This document shows, piece after piece, positions 27,787 to 37,906 of a DNA stretch of 64,000 nucleotides. This DNA comes from an uncultured Pseudobdellovibrionaceae bacterium (lineage in GTDB: Bacteria; Bdellovibrionota; Bdellovibrionia; Bdellovibrionales; JAGQZY01), in assembly GCA_964588335.1 (NCBI GenBank), contig CAZPOV010000001.1, positions 322,288-386,287 on the forward strand. The letters run 5' to 3'. Below the pieces are notes generated by a model. The model saw nothing but the letters and a program-made list of their open reading frames with translations, was not told the origin of the DNA and searched no databases. Each line of letters opens with the position of its first letter. Positions within the stretch are counted from its first letter, which is position 1. The position numbers and the translations under genes were made by a program.

Positions 27787-28506
27787 ATGCCAATGGAAAC
27801 CATTCAATCAAGTACGCAAGACCAATTTCAGACACTCGATCTTGGGAATATTTCTGTAAAAGAAAAACTGAATAAATTTATAGAAAAAGAGAACTGGCCA
27901 CAGGCTTGCGCCATCACAAAAGAAATCGATGTCGACAAAGTCAACGACATTGAGTTGTTGATGATGGTCTCCGAAACATACACGAAATTAGAAGATTATC
28001 CAGCGGCTTTAAAAGTCTTCCATCAAATGCTTGATATTTTAGACCAAAAAGATCCCAAACTCTTTGAAGTTTATAAAAATATGGGCAACCTGTATCTTAA
28101 ATGTGGCGACATTGATGCGGCAGAGGAAAAATATAACTTAGCAAATGCTATCAATAGCCAGGATGAAAACCTTAATATTAATTATGGAGTTCTTTCCATC
28201 CAAAAAGGTCAATACGAAGAAGCTAAAGCCCGGTTCGCACAGGTTTTACAGATCAATCCACAGTCCGACCTTGCTTGGGTAGGAATCGGCCTTGTTCATC
28301 GAGCCCATGCCGACCACGAATTGGCCCGTGCTTGTGTTCTTCGAGGCTTGGATGAAAACCCTTACAATAAATTAGCCATCACCAATTATTACCAGTGGTG
28401 CTTTCAGGACAATGTTGATGCCGCTGACACATTTATGAATCAGTACCTTGAAAAGTACCCCAATGATTCTGAAATTCAGAAGCTAACAAGTGGAATGCAT
28501 CAGTAA
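27787..28506 (+). CDS. Tetratricopeptide (TPR) repeat protein
   Basis: Repeated 34-aa A/Y/L pattern: YKNMGNLYLKCGDIDAAEEKYNLANAINSQD, NYGVLSIQKGQYEEAKARFAQVLQINPQS, WVGIGLVHRAHADHELARACVLRGLDENP. Confidence 0.8.
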   Translation: MPMETIQSSTQDQFQTLDLGNISVKEKLNKFIEKENWPQACAITKEIDVDKVNDIELLMMVSETYTKLEDYPAALKVFHQMLDILDQKDPKLFEVYKNMGNLYLKCGDIDAAEEKYNLANAINSQDENLNINYGVLSIQKGQYEEAKARFAQVLQINPQSDLAWVGIGLVHRAHADHELARACVLRGLDENPYNKLAITNYYQWCFQDNVDAADTFMNQYLEKYPNDSEIQKLTSGMHQ

Positions 28507-28507
28507 G

Positions 28508-29860
28508 ATGATGTCTTTAGTTCCAGAAGTTCATTTATTTATATGTCTTGATCCAAGGATTTCGCCAGGCCCTATTCTACATCTATTAGACATGGCCCGG
28601 GCTGAGGATTGGCAACAAGAAACGGTCCTGATTTGCGACGAATCTTGGAAGCCATTTGTCAATATTGATCAACCGGTTCTTTTTATTGATAGAAATCGCT
28701 TGTTCGGACAAGACAATCAAGGCGCTGCTAACAGCTTGCCTTACCTTGAGAACTTCTTGGAGCAACTTGATAATTTTGAAATTCAACATATCACCCAGAT
28801 TGGAAATCTGAGTTGGGGCCGTTGGTTGGAAGTGTACTTTGACACAGAATCCTCAGCACCCATGAATTCCGTGAACTGGGACGGTAAAGCGATTTCAAGT
28901 TTGCAAATCATCAACGATTTAGCGCAAGAATTGGGTCTTGATTTAGGAGCATTCGTAAATACTGAAAAAAAATCAAGTGGAGTCTACATAGACCCTTATG
29001 TTGAGGGAGAGTTATCAAAAGAATTTTTAAAATTGGTTTCCGATATGAATGGAATCGCTGTTCCATCTTGGTTGAATGTTGTTTGCAAAGATGAAGACTT
29101 CAAGACCTTGTGTCAAATGGGTCTTGAGGACAGTCTTGTCGAACCTTCAGAATGCGAGACCAGCCTGTTCAACCAACCCGTTCTCTGCTTTTCCGACCGG
29201 TCTATTTTTGCGCACACCAGTCGTGCCTATAATATTGCTATATATAACTCAGACTCTGAAAATTCTCTATTTGTTCCAGGTGACATTTCTATCGACCCAG
29301 CGACTGACATTCATATTTCAGAGATCTTTAACATTCTTGCCTATTGGCGAACCAAGCGTTTAAAAGAGCTGGCCTTTCAGTGGCTCAATATGGGGATAAA
29401 AATCAACTGTATTGAGAATTTCTATGGTCGAGCAGTAAGAAGAAATCTTTTAAATTATTCTTCTGATCTATACCACTGCCAAATATTGATTGATCGTTAT
29501 TTAGCAGGACGCTCGGTAACATCACCTGTGTTTATTTCAGGAATGATTAATGAAATGCGTCAGCAGGTGAACAATGATCCCTACGCCCTATCATTTTCGT
29601 TAAAACTTTTGATAATGATTCTTGACCGCATGATTTCGGCAGCTAAATGTGGTGAGCGTTTGTTCGGTCGTTTGGGAAGTGATTATCATCGGATTATTAT
29701 CGGGGAAGCTCTTATTGAAGGACTGATAGAGACTTCCTGGAGCGATAAAAAAGTAATGGATATCTCAAAAAAGCTTCAACAGTTTCATGGTTTTTTGACG
29801 AAAGTCGATTTCGCGAATGATCAGATGGAGGCGTTTCCAAATCATAAGGAGTCAGCATGA
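28508..29860 (+). CDS. Hypothetical 450-aa cytoplasmic protein (faint GT-B/GT9-like resemblance)
   Basis: ATG 1 nt after the TPR gene stop. No firm motif. VLCFSDRSIFAHTSRAYNIAIY weakly recalls the DSGxxHLAAAxGxPxV segment of GT9 enzymes. Confidence 0.6.
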   Translation: MMSLVPEVHLFICLDPRISPGPILHLLDMARAEDWQQETVLICDESWKPFVNIDQPVLFIDRNRLFGQDNQGAANSLPYLENFLEQLDNFEIQHITQIGNLSWGRWLEVYFDTESSAPMNSVNWDGKAISSLQIINDLAQELGLDLGAFVNTEKKSSGVYIDPYVEGELSKEFLKLVSDMNGIAVPSWLNVVCKDEDFKTLCQMGLEDSLVEPSECETSLFNQPVLCFSDRSIFAHTSRAYNIAIYNSDSENSLFVPGDISIDPATDIHISEIFNILAYWRTKRLKELAFQWLNMGIKINCIENFYGRAVRRNLLNYSSDLYHCQILIDRYLAGRSVTSPVFISGMINEMRQQVNNDPYALSFSLKLLIMILDRMISAAKCGERLFGRLGSDYHRIIIGEALIEGLIETSWSDKKVMDISKKLQQFHGFLTKVDFANDQMEAFPNHKESA

Positions 29861-30528
29861 AAAACTTAAAAGTATCGCGCTCATCTCATCCCATGACATT
29901 TAAAAAATGTAAAAATCTTGGCGAATTGGTGGCGGTTGTTGAAAAAGAGGGAGAAGCCGATAATCTCTTTATCACACAAGTGATTCTCAACAATCGAATC
30001 ATGGACGAAGAAGAAGAAAAACTGCTGACCTCTCTTTCAGTTAACGAGATTGAATCGATGATTTTTAGAATGGCGACAATCAGTGAAATCGTTCGTGAAA
30101 CTCTAGCCGACACTCTGTACGCTATCCAAAGCACACAAAGCAAAGCTATTGAGTTTGCTAAATCATTCCGCGAGAACTACGAGGTGGATGATGAAAAAGT
30201 GAAATTTACACTTATTCAGTGTCGACAGATTATCAACAGCTTAGAAGAAATATTTTGTGCCCACCAGAATCAGACTTTCTTGATCAAACACCATTCTTTG
30301 TGGAATGAGGCAGAAAAAGAACTGACCAACATCCTGCAGTGCATCTTCCAAACCCGTAAAATGCCAGGATTCAATATGCTCTGTGACCTGATGGAGTACG
30401 ATCTTGTTCAAGCCCTCGACCAATGGGAAGAAGTAATAGAGAAAGAGCTTTTAGAGAACTCCTCTTTGAATGGAATTTTTAGTTTGAAAAACCAGGCCTC
30501 GCAAAGAGATAATGAGGTGGATGCCTGA
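29857..30528 (+). CDS. Hypothetical 223-aa acidic helical protein
   Basis: ATGA start/stop overlap with the preceding gene. No recognisable domain. Confidence 0.6.
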   Translation: MKNLKVSRSSHPMTFKKCKNLGELVAVVEKEGEADNLFITQVILNNRIMDEEEEKLLTSLSVNEIESMIFRMATISEIVRETLADTLYAIQSTQSKAIEFAKSFRENYEVDDEKVKFTLIQCRQIINSLEEIFCAHQNQTFLIKHHSLWNEAEKELTNILQCIFQTRKMPGFNMLCDLMEYDLVQALDQWEEVIEKELLENSSLNGIFSLKNQASQRDNEVDA

Positions 30529-32503
30529 ATCTGCTGAAAATCTTCTTTGTGCCGTCGCTATACGGCCTGAGTCAAAACACTTTTTAAATAAAGGACTTGC
30601 GCAATATAAAGATCAGATTGTGTACGTCAACAACGAGCAGGCCCTAGCTTTCGAGCCCTTGGTCGCAATTTTTGAGTTAACCAAGGATAACTATACAAAA
30701 GTTGATGGTGAGATGGCTCGGTTTCGAGCCCAATTTGAATCGACAACCATTATTTTGATTACCAACGATGTCGAGCCTCAATTTCTATCTTCACTTCTTT
30801 CGAAGTACGATATTTTTGCTGCCCTTTCAAGTCCCCAGGATCTCGCGAAAAGCGTTGAGAAAGGAATCGAAAATTTTGCTGAACAGAAGGAGTACAATGA
30901 AACCCTTTTGCGCGTCAAAAAACAGAATAAAAGCTTGGAAAGCTTGAAGACCAATCTTCAAGACCTTGTTCATGAGCGTACCAAGAGCGAGTATGAAGAG
31001 AACAAGCAAATGGAAGGGACTGTAAAAGAGCTACAGTCTTTACTTCGATTCATTAAAAACGTCGGACGCCTTGAAACCATTGAAGAGTTAATGGAGCAAA
31101 TTCGCGATGAGTTCAAAAAAATTCGTGGCATTATGCCGCCGCTTCTAATTATGGCGGATAATACAAGGTCGGTTCGAGTTTTCTCTTTCCAGGGCAAGCA
31201 ACTGATTGAAAAGCGAGTGAATTATTCACAAGAGTTCTCAGATTTGAAATCTATGACCTCAGAAAAAATGAAAACCACGCTCAGTAATATCTTAGGGCGC
31301 CCTTTTGGAAAACTTTCATCTCTCGATTTTAAGTTTAAAGCCGAGGAGCTTAATAACTTTGAAGCCCTTTTGGTATTTGAGGAATCTTTGGGAGACAAGC
31401 AGAAGGGGAGTTTTGCGGTTTACTCGAAAGAGCGGTGGCCGATCATTAATATGGCCTTGGAGAGTTTGCTTTTAAAAGAAAGCTTACACAACATAGCACG
31501 GCAGTGGGCTCGCACATTCAATGAGATGGAAGACCCGATTATTATTCTCGATCAAAACTATAAGATGTCACTATCCAATTCTGATTTTCATAAACAGACG
31601 GGTTCTCATTGTTATCAAGCTTTTGCGAACAGAGATTCACCGTGCAAAGACTGCCCCATTCAAGAAACCTTTTCATCAGAGGAACCAAAAACCGCGGATA
31701 TAAGAGTCGACAGTAAAATTTATCGCGTTCACTCTTATCCTATACGAATGCAAGGTTTCGATGGGGCCTCTCATGTTATCAATCAGTACGTCGATGTTAC
31801 CCAAAGTATCGATCTTCAAAGTCGAGTCATTCAAGGAGAAAAGATGGCGGCGGTTGGTTTATTAGCCGGAAATATTGCCCATGAACTGAATAACCCTTTG
31901 ACTGGAATTTTTTCCCTTTCAGACTTGTTGTTACAAGATTTTGAAGAGGAAAGTAATCTTTACAAAGATCTTACCGAAGTTAAAAACGCTGCGAAAAGAT
32001 GCCAGGTGATCATTAAAGATTTGTTGGACTTTACAGAAGTCGGTGAAGATTCTAGGGCCAAGAAAATCGATGTGAACGATTTATTGCGAAAGACCTTGCC
32101 CCTTCTTAAAATGGCAATGCGGACTTTAAATTCCAACATTGATCTTTTTGAAGAACCTCTTTACGTGAAGCTCAATCCGCAACTTCTTCAACAGGTGCTT
32201 TTCAACTTAATCAATAATGCCTGTCAGGCCATGGAAGACAATGGATATTTGTATGTTACAACAGCACCATTGGATAACAATGTGGAAATCCGAGTACGGG
32301 ACACCGGGCCCGGTATCCCTAAAGATGTCGCGGAATCTATTTTTGAGCCCTTTTTTACTACCAAAGAAGAAGGTAAAGGCACCGGTTTGGGGTTGAGTAT
32401 GTCAAAAAAAGTGGTTGAGCGGGCCGGTGGAACTTTACAACTCAATCATCAGATCGATAAAGGTGCCGAGTTTGTCGTCAAGTTGCCAATGGCAGAAAGT
32501 TAA
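30512..32503 (+). CDS. Cytoplasmic sensor histidine kinase (long N-terminal region, PAS-like, HisKA, HATPase_c)
   Basis: H-box AGNIAHELNNPLTGI, N-box FNLINNACQAM, G1 VRDTGPGIP, G2 GKGTGLGLSMS. A Cys-containing PAS-like segment precedes the H-box. No TM helix seen. Confidence 0.85.
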   Translation: MRWMPESAENLLCAVAIRPESKHFLNKGLAQYKDQIVYVNNEQALAFEPLVAIFELTKDNYTKVDGEMARFRAQFESTTIILITNDVEPQFLSSLLSKYDIFAALSSPQDLAKSVEKGIENFAEQKEYNETLLRVKKQNKSLESLKTNLQDLVHERTKSEYEENKQMEGTVKELQSLLRFIKNVGRLETIEELMEQIRDEFKKIRGIMPPLLIMADNTRSVRVFSFQGKQLIEKRVNYSQEFSDLKSMTSEKMKTTLSNILGRPFGKLSSLDFKFKAEELNNFEALLVFEESLGDKQKGSFAVYSKERWPIINMALESLLLKESLHNIARQWARTFNEMEDPIIILDQNYKMSLSNSDFHKQTGSHCYQAFANRDSPCKDCPIQETFSSEEPKTADIRVDSKIYRVHSYPIRMQGFDGASHVINQYVDVTQSIDLQSRVIQGEKMAAVGLLAGNIAHELNNPLTGIFSLSDLLLQDFEEESNLYKDLTEVKNAAKRCQVIIKDLLDFTEVGEDSRAKKIDVNDLLRKTLPLLKMAMRTLNSNIDLFEEPLYVKLNPQLLQQVLFNLINNACQAMEDNGYLYVTTAPLDNNVEIRVRDTGPGIPKDVAESIFEPFFTTKEEGKGTGLGLSMSKKVVERAGGTLQLNHQIDKGAEFVVKLPMAES

Positions 32504-32629
32504 GTGGTTTTTGCGATTTTAGGTTATCGGTATAGCGATTGTCCTTCGGTTGGGTTTGCTGGCCGTTTCACAGCTTTCGAATAGAACGATGTCCCATGAA
32601 AACCCATTATTAATAGTTGAAAATTTAGT

Positions 32630-33946
32630 ATGCTTGGTGAGATCGCACTTAAAAAGCAATACCTTAGATTTTTTTTGTTAACTTCTCTGTTAACGTCAGT
32701 CGTAATTTTCTACTTTGAGATATTTTTGACTTGGGATGCGTCTTATCAACTAATGACTCTAATACAAACCCGTGAGTTGTATTGGATGGGCGGTCGCTAC
32801 GTCATGATAATTTTTCAGCTGCCACTTTATTTGTATTTGAATTTTTTTGGCGGCGAGTCTTTGAACACAATGATTTTCCTTTTTGGAATTCCCTATTCTT
32901 TTTATCCCTTTGTGTGCTGCTTTGGCATCTATAGATTAATTGGTGTTATCGATCCCCATCTTAGCAAGTTGTTGATGATCTCAAGTACGCTCGCCTCATT
33001 CGTGTTCTTTTTCCATCCTCTCTTCGAACAACTGATAGGTTTTTGTTTTTTTTATCTTTTAGTTGCAGCGTTTCGCAACTATCTGGGCACGCAAAGCAAA
33101 ACCACAGCAGTCCTTATTGTTGTATTCGAGTTTTTTGTGGCATTCTCTCATCCAGTCGTACTGCCTTGCCTCCTTTTATCATGGGTTTTCTTAATTTTCT
33201 TAGGAAGAGAGAAAAGGAACTGGTTTCTAAACCTGCAAATGGTAGTTCTACCAACCCTTGTCCTAATTGAAATAGTCATAACTTTTATTTTTCATACAAG
33301 AAAGACTTCAAGTGAGTATCTAAAACAATATTTTTTAGGAAGCTTTTCTCATTTTCCGCAAATAGAAAGAGAACTTTTTTTAGTTGCGATGTTTGTATTG
33401 GTCGCAAGTTCAGTTGTGACATTGGTCACTAATAAGAAAAAAATTGGTTTCGGTCTTTTTATCTTGTCGCAAGTCTTTTTCCACTACTGGCTGATGGTAA
33501 GTTCTCAGTCGCTAAGAACGATACTTGATCTTCGCTTCACGCTGTTTCTTTTCCACGTCCCCTATTTGACGATGATTTTTGTTCCTGTTCGCTTACAGGT
33601 TTCGAAATATTATCTTATCCTAACGGGATTTAGCTTGTTCTTACTGATTTTACACATGGGGATTTTAAGAAAGGAGCACAGACAGAGAGTGTATGCGAAA
33701 GTGGAGGCCTCTCAGGAAAGCTGTTTGAAGGTGGAGGACGTCGCTGGGCGTAGGGCATCGAGCTTGGAGCACTGGAGTCTTTGGTATGATTATATATTGT
33801 ATCGACGTTTGAAAAATGTGGATAAGATTATAATAAACTTTGAAAAAACCTGTGGTTCCGCTGTTATCGACGATCAATTTGAGGCATCCTCCGGAGAAAG
33901 CTTTCCTCGATCGGGGTTCTTTGAGATTGCGCTTCCTCAGCAGTGA
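32630..33946 (+). CDS. Polytopic inner-membrane protein (about 10 TM), unknown function
   Basis: Hydrophobic helices throughout the first 340 aa, with a soluble ~90-aa tail. The general look is of GT-C/O-antigen-type membrane proteins, but no diagnostic motif. Confidence 0.6.
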   Translation: MLGEIALKKQYLRFFLLTSLLTSVVIFYFEIFLTWDASYQLMTLIQTRELYWMGGRYVMIIFQLPLYLYLNFFGGESLNTMIFLFGIPYSFYPFVCCFGIYRLIGVIDPHLSKLLMISSTLASFVFFFHPLFEQLIGFCFFYLLVAAFRNYLGTQSKTTAVLIVVFEFFVAFSHPVVLPCLLLSWVFLIFLGREKRNWFLNLQMVVLPTLVLIEIVITFIFHTRKTSSEYLKQYFLGSFSHFPQIERELFLVAMFVLVASSVVTLVTNKKKIGFGLFILSQVFFHYWLMVSSQSLRTILDLRFTLFLFHVPYLTMIFVPVRLQVSKYYLILTGFSLFLLILHMGILRKEHRQRVYAKVEASQESCLKVEDVAGRRASSLEHWSLWYDYILYRRLKNVDKIIINFEKTCGSAVIDDQFEASSGESFPRSGFFEIALPQQ

Positions 33947-34203
33947 ACTGTTAGAGTTTTTTATCGCTAGCAGCCTGCATCATGGGCGTCGTTTGCGACA
34001 GGTGCAATAAGGTATCGTTATTGCCTCTCGATTGCGATCGAAATGGGAATCAATTTTTGATCCTGCCTAGCTAAAAGAGAAAAAGAGATCGCGGAGGTTG
34101 AGTATAAAAGAAAATGTAGTACAACGAAATTACGGAACCTTGAAAAAATCAAAGAAATTTAATGTGGGTGCCAAATTATCGTTCAATCCCCTACGGTGGA
34201 AAT

Positions 34204-34569
34204 ATGAAAGTATTGATTATAGATGATGAGCCTCTTGTGCGTCGCTCTCTAGAAAAAATTTTTCAAAAAATGAATCATGAGGTGGTGACAGCAAAAGATG
34301 GTCATGAAGGTGTTGAAGTTTGGAGATCCAGCCAACCCGATGGGGTTGTTGTGGATGTCTTAATGCCAGGGTTGACGGGGCCGGAGGTGATTGCCGAAGT
34401 ATCACCCCCCGAAAACACGGCGATCGTTCTCATCTCAGCCTATTCTGGCGATTATAATCCCGATTCTGTGAAGCAGTTGGGGGCTGACCTTTTTATTGAA
34501 AAGCCCTTCGAAAGTATTAAGGATATTGTCGATTCGCTAGAAAAAGTGTGGAGCGTAAAAAACAAATGA
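34204..34569 (+). CDS. Single-domain CheY-like response regulator
   Basis: MKVLIIDDEPLVRRSL..., VVVDVLMPGLTG, VLISAY, FIEKPF. ATG 34204. Confidence 0.85.
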   Translation: MKVLIIDDEPLVRRSLEKIFQKMNHEVVTAKDGHEGVEVWRSSQPDGVVVDVLMPGLTGPEVIAEVSPPENTAIVLISAYSGDYNPDSVKQLGADLFIEKPFESIKDIVDSLEKVWSVKNK

Positions 34570-35108
34570 GAGTGATTGGCGGTAAATATGGCGGCCGGAA
34601 ATTGGTTGCTTTTAAAGCCTCTCATATTCGGCCAACCACAGATCGTGTGAAAGAGGTTATTTTCAACAAGCTACAGTTTAATATTGAAGGTGCCGACGTT
34701 TTGGATCTTTTTTCTGGTACAGGCAGTTTGGCTTTTGAGGCCCTTTCGAGGGGGGCTAATACAGTGCAAGCTGTTGAGCTCAGTCAAAGTTCCATACAAA
34801 TTATCAAAAAAAATAAGGCGATGTTGAAGGTAGGTGATGAGTTACAAATTGCCAAGTCTGACATTTATAAGTTTTTGAAACATCATACAGTTTCCTATGA
34901 CATCGTATTGGTTGACCCGCCTTTTACAAAAGTCATGGCGGATGAGGTTTTGTTAGCTCTGTCTCAGTCTCAGTGCCTTCGGAAGCAGTCTGAAGTTTTT
35001 ATAGAGTCGGGATCGAAAGAGGCCATCCAAGACTCTTATGGGTCGCTTGTGCTTGAGAAACGGCAGAGCTTTGGTGATAAATTTCTGTCACACTATATTT
35101 TCAGTTAA
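34566..35108 (+). CDS. rsmD: 16S rRNA (guanine966-N2)-methyltransferase RsmD
   Basis: MRVIGGKYGGRKL..IRPTTDRVKEVIFN, DLFSGTGSLAFEALSRGA, VDPPF. ATGA overlap with the CheY-like gene. Confidence 0.85.
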   Translation: MRVIGGKYGGRKLVAFKASHIRPTTDRVKEVIFNKLQFNIEGADVLDLFSGTGSLAFEALSRGANTVQAVELSQSSIQIIKKNKAMLKVGDELQIAKSDIYKFLKHHTVSYDIVLVDPPFTKVMADEVLLALSQSQCLRKQSEVFIESGSKEAIQDSYGSLVLEKRQSFGDKFLSHYIFS

Positions 35109-35167
35109 GTTTAAGTTCGGCTTTTGTTATGGTGGGAACATTATTATTCAGTAAAGAGGGAGCCTTT

Positions 35168-36364
35168 ATGTTGTCCAAGCGAATCCAAGAACTTAAACCT
35201 TCAGCAACCTTAGCTTTAGCGGCGAAAGCCAAACAAATGATGGCAGAAGGCGAAGACGTGATATCGTTGACAGTGGGTGAACCCGATTGGCCTACTTACG
35301 ATCGTGCCAAAGGGGCTGGAAAGGCCGCTATCGATGAGAATAAAACCACCTACACTCCAGCCTCGGGAATTGCCCCTTTAAAGTCTGCGATCGGTCAATT
35401 GATAGGTTCGCAGATCAATCGAGATATTCTGCCTTCAGAAGTGACCGTCGGTGCCGGTGCTAAATTTATTATTTATGCGGCATTAACGGCTATTCTTGAT
35501 CCCGGTGAAGAGGTTATTGTTCCCAGCCCCTATTGGGTGAGCTATCCCACCATGGTGGAGTTGGCAGGCGGGCAGGCTAAGATCGTGACTTGCAACCAAG
35601 AAACTTCTTTCAAAATGACGGCTTCCCAACTGGAAGCCGCTATTGGTGATAATACCAAGGCTCTGTTGTTGAATTCACCCAGTAACCCGACCGGCGCCGA
35701 GTATTCGAAACAAGAACTCACAGAGATTGCCAAGGTATTAAAAAAGTATCCAGATCTAGTTATCATCAGCGACGATATTTACAATCAGCTTTCATTCACC
35801 AATGATAGCGCGAGTCCGCATTTATTAAATATAGCCCCTGAGCTTTTCGATCGTTGCATTTGTATCAATGGGGTTTCGAAAGCCTACTCGATGACAGGGT
35901 GGCGAATTGGTTGGGCTGTCGGTCCCGAAACAGTCATTAAGGCCATGGCCAGTTTCCAATCGCAAACCACTGGAGCACCGTCGTCTATTTCTCAGTGGGC
36001 CTCAGTGACAGCCATTGATGATTGTAAGGACGATGTGAAAAAGGCCCTTAAGGAATTAAAACAGCGAAAAGCTTTTGCACTCGCCAAGTTTTCAACTGTG
36101 CCTGGGTTTGATATTTTTGCACCCGAGGGAGCCTTTTATATGTGGACCAATATTTCTTCTTGGATTGGCAAGTCGTACCACGGAGAAAACATCGAGGACT
36201 CTAGAAAATTGGCGGCATTGCTTTTGGATAAAGAGAAGTTGGCTGTCGTACCGGGACAAGAGTTCGGCTTGGACGGCTATCTTCGCTTGAGTTTTGCAGC
36301 CAGTACCAAAGACCTGGAAGTGGCCGCCCAAAGGCTTCAGAAATTCCAAAGTGAACTCTCTTAG
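35168..36364 (+). CDS. Class I pyridoxal-phosphate aminotransferase (aspartate aminotransferase-like)
   Basis: LNSPSNPTG, GVSKAYSMTGWRIGW (PLP-lysine motif), YLRLSFA. Start at MLSKRIQELKPSATLAL after GAGGGAG. Confidence 0.85.
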   Translation: MLSKRIQELKPSATLALAAKAKQMMAEGEDVISLTVGEPDWPTYDRAKGAGKAAIDENKTTYTPASGIAPLKSAIGQLIGSQINRDILPSEVTVGAGAKFIIYAALTAILDPGEEVIVPSPYWVSYPTMVELAGGQAKIVTCNQETSFKMTASQLEAAIGDNTKALLLNSPSNPTGAEYSKQELTEIAKVLKKYPDLVIISDDIYNQLSFTNDSASPHLLNIAPELFDRCICINGVSKAYSMTGWRIGWAVGPETVIKAMASFQSQTTGAPSSISQWASVTAIDDCKDDVKKALKELKQRKAFALAKFSTVPGFDIFAPEGAFYMWTNISSWIGKSYHGENIEDSRKLAALLLDKEKLAVVPGQEFGLDGYLRLSFAASTKDLEVAAQRLQKFQSELS

Positions 36365-36464
36365 TATTTGAAATTACTAAGAGAATTCGTCTTGACCAAA
36401 GTCTCTGGCTATAGACATGACGCATCAAAAGACCTAAAATAAGGTTATAAACACCAACAAGGAA

Positions 36465-37112
36465 GTGCGTGTGTCTATTTGGATCCTGTTGCAAATTCTT
36501 TTTAATGTCTTTGTGGTAGCTGGAATTGCCGTTTGTCTGATTAAAACTTTTAAAAGTCGTGAAGATGATCCGCGCCTGACCCAAGGTTTGCGATTGCTGC
36601 AAAGTAAAATATCAATTCTCGAAGATCTATCAGACCACACAGAAAACCAGGTCAAACAATTGATGACTCTCCTTGATAAAAAACTCCATGAGGTTCGGGG
36701 GGCCATGGGACAAATCAACGAACACATTGGCGAGGTCGATCGTTCGATCAAAAAAAGTAAAATGGTGGCCCAGCAAATTCAAAAAGAAATAGCACCTGAC
36801 CAGATCTTGGAAAAAAAATTAGAGAACAAGTATATCCAGGCGGCTCAGATGGCTCACCAAGGGCACAGTGTTGAGGAGATTGTTCAGGCCATCAATTTGC
36901 CAAAAGCTGAAGTGGAACTGATTGCCAAGGTTAATAAAAAGAAATGTGTTTACGAAAACCCTGTGGAATCATTCCAGGATAAGATTTTTGAGAAAAGCCT
37001 TCAGATGCCGAAAATGAGTGGTGGATCTCTTGATCAAACACATTTGAACTTTCAACAGGCTATTCAAGACCACAAAGATCAGAGTGAATTTAGAGCTTTT
37101 AAATTAGGCTAG
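36465..37112 (+). CDS. N-terminally membrane-anchored coiled-coil protein, unknown
   Basis: One TM (IWILLQILFNVFVVAGIAVCLI), then charged helices. GTG start at 36465 or 36471. Confidence 0.55.
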   Translation: MRVSIWILLQILFNVFVVAGIAVCLIKTFKSREDDPRLTQGLRLLQSKISILEDLSDHTENQVKQLMTLLDKKLHEVRGAMGQINEHIGEVDRSIKKSKMVAQQIQKEIAPDQILEKKLENKYIQAAQMAHQGHSVEEIVQAINLPKAEVELIAKVNKKKCVYENPVESFQDKIFEKSLQMPKMSGGSLDQTHLNFQQAIQDHKDQSEFRAFKLG

Positions 37113-37115
37113 AGC

Positions 37116-37343
37116 ATGCATTCCTTAGGTTCCAAAGTTCAGGGAAAATTAGTTGAAGAAATAGAAAAAGATCAGTGGATCGTCAGTTTTGATGGTCACT
37201 TGGTTCGCGTTCGTAACACCACGTCTATGGGTTTTGAAGAGGGTAGGGTTTTAAGTCTTGAAGTTGTAGGTGTGAATCCTTTGGCTCTCAAAGTCCTGGT
37301 ACCAAGAAAAAACCGAATCAATCCCGTTGATTTTCGAATTTGA
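37116..37343 (+). CDS. Small hypothetical protein (75 aa)
   Basis: Starts 3 nt after the preceding stop. Beta-rich. No motif. Confidence 0.45.
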   Translation: MHSLGSKVQGKLVEEIEKDQWIVSFDGHLVRVRNTTSMGFEEGRVLSLEVVGVNPLALKVLVPRKNRINPVDFRI

Positions 37344-37417
37344 TATGTAGCTCTAAAACTTGCAGATCCTAGTCATTCATAGGACCCTAGCCTTAGGCAA
37401 AGGGTCATTGGCATGAG

Positions 37418-37906
37418 TTGTTACGACCACGCTTACAGAAAAAGAAATTTTTTCGAACAATCATGAATTGGCGAACTCGCTTTAGAGATCTTATGAAAAA
37501 TTGGGCCTATATTTTGATTTTAGTGACAAGCCTTTGTTTATCTCAGTGGGTGTTCGATGGGATGCGGAAAGAAAAAATATTCCCGTTGGCCACCTGGAAT
37601 TTATTTTCGCAGCTGCCAATAAAAAGAGATATTGTTCTTCTTTATTTTGAGAATACCGAGACAGGAGAGCTGTGTTATTTTTATCTGTGCCCGGGAATCG
37701 ATAAAAGCAAAATAACCTCATATCACCCCTATCACATTGTCAGATGGCGTCGAGAGGTTAGCGATGTTGGTGATTATTTTGAAGGGAAAGTAGACCTTAA
37801 AAAATTGCACTATAAGATTAAAATCACAGTCGAACATACAACCATGGTGGAAAAGTGGAAACAGATCTCAAACGAGATGCGAAGCAAAAGATTGCCGGAT
37901 TTATAG
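37418..37906 (+). CDS. Membrane-anchored hypothetical protein
   Basis: One N-terminal TM (WAYILILVTSLCLSQWVF). Start uncertain (an internal MNWRTRF start is possible). Confidence 0.5.
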   Translation: MLRPRLQKKKFFRTIMNWRTRFRDLMKNWAYILILVTSLCLSQWVFDGMRKEKIFPLATWNLFSQLPIKRDIVLLYFENTETGELCYFYLCPGIDKSKITSYHPYHIVRWRREVSDVGDYFEGKVDLKKLHYKIKITVEHTTMVEKWKQISNEMRSKRLPDL

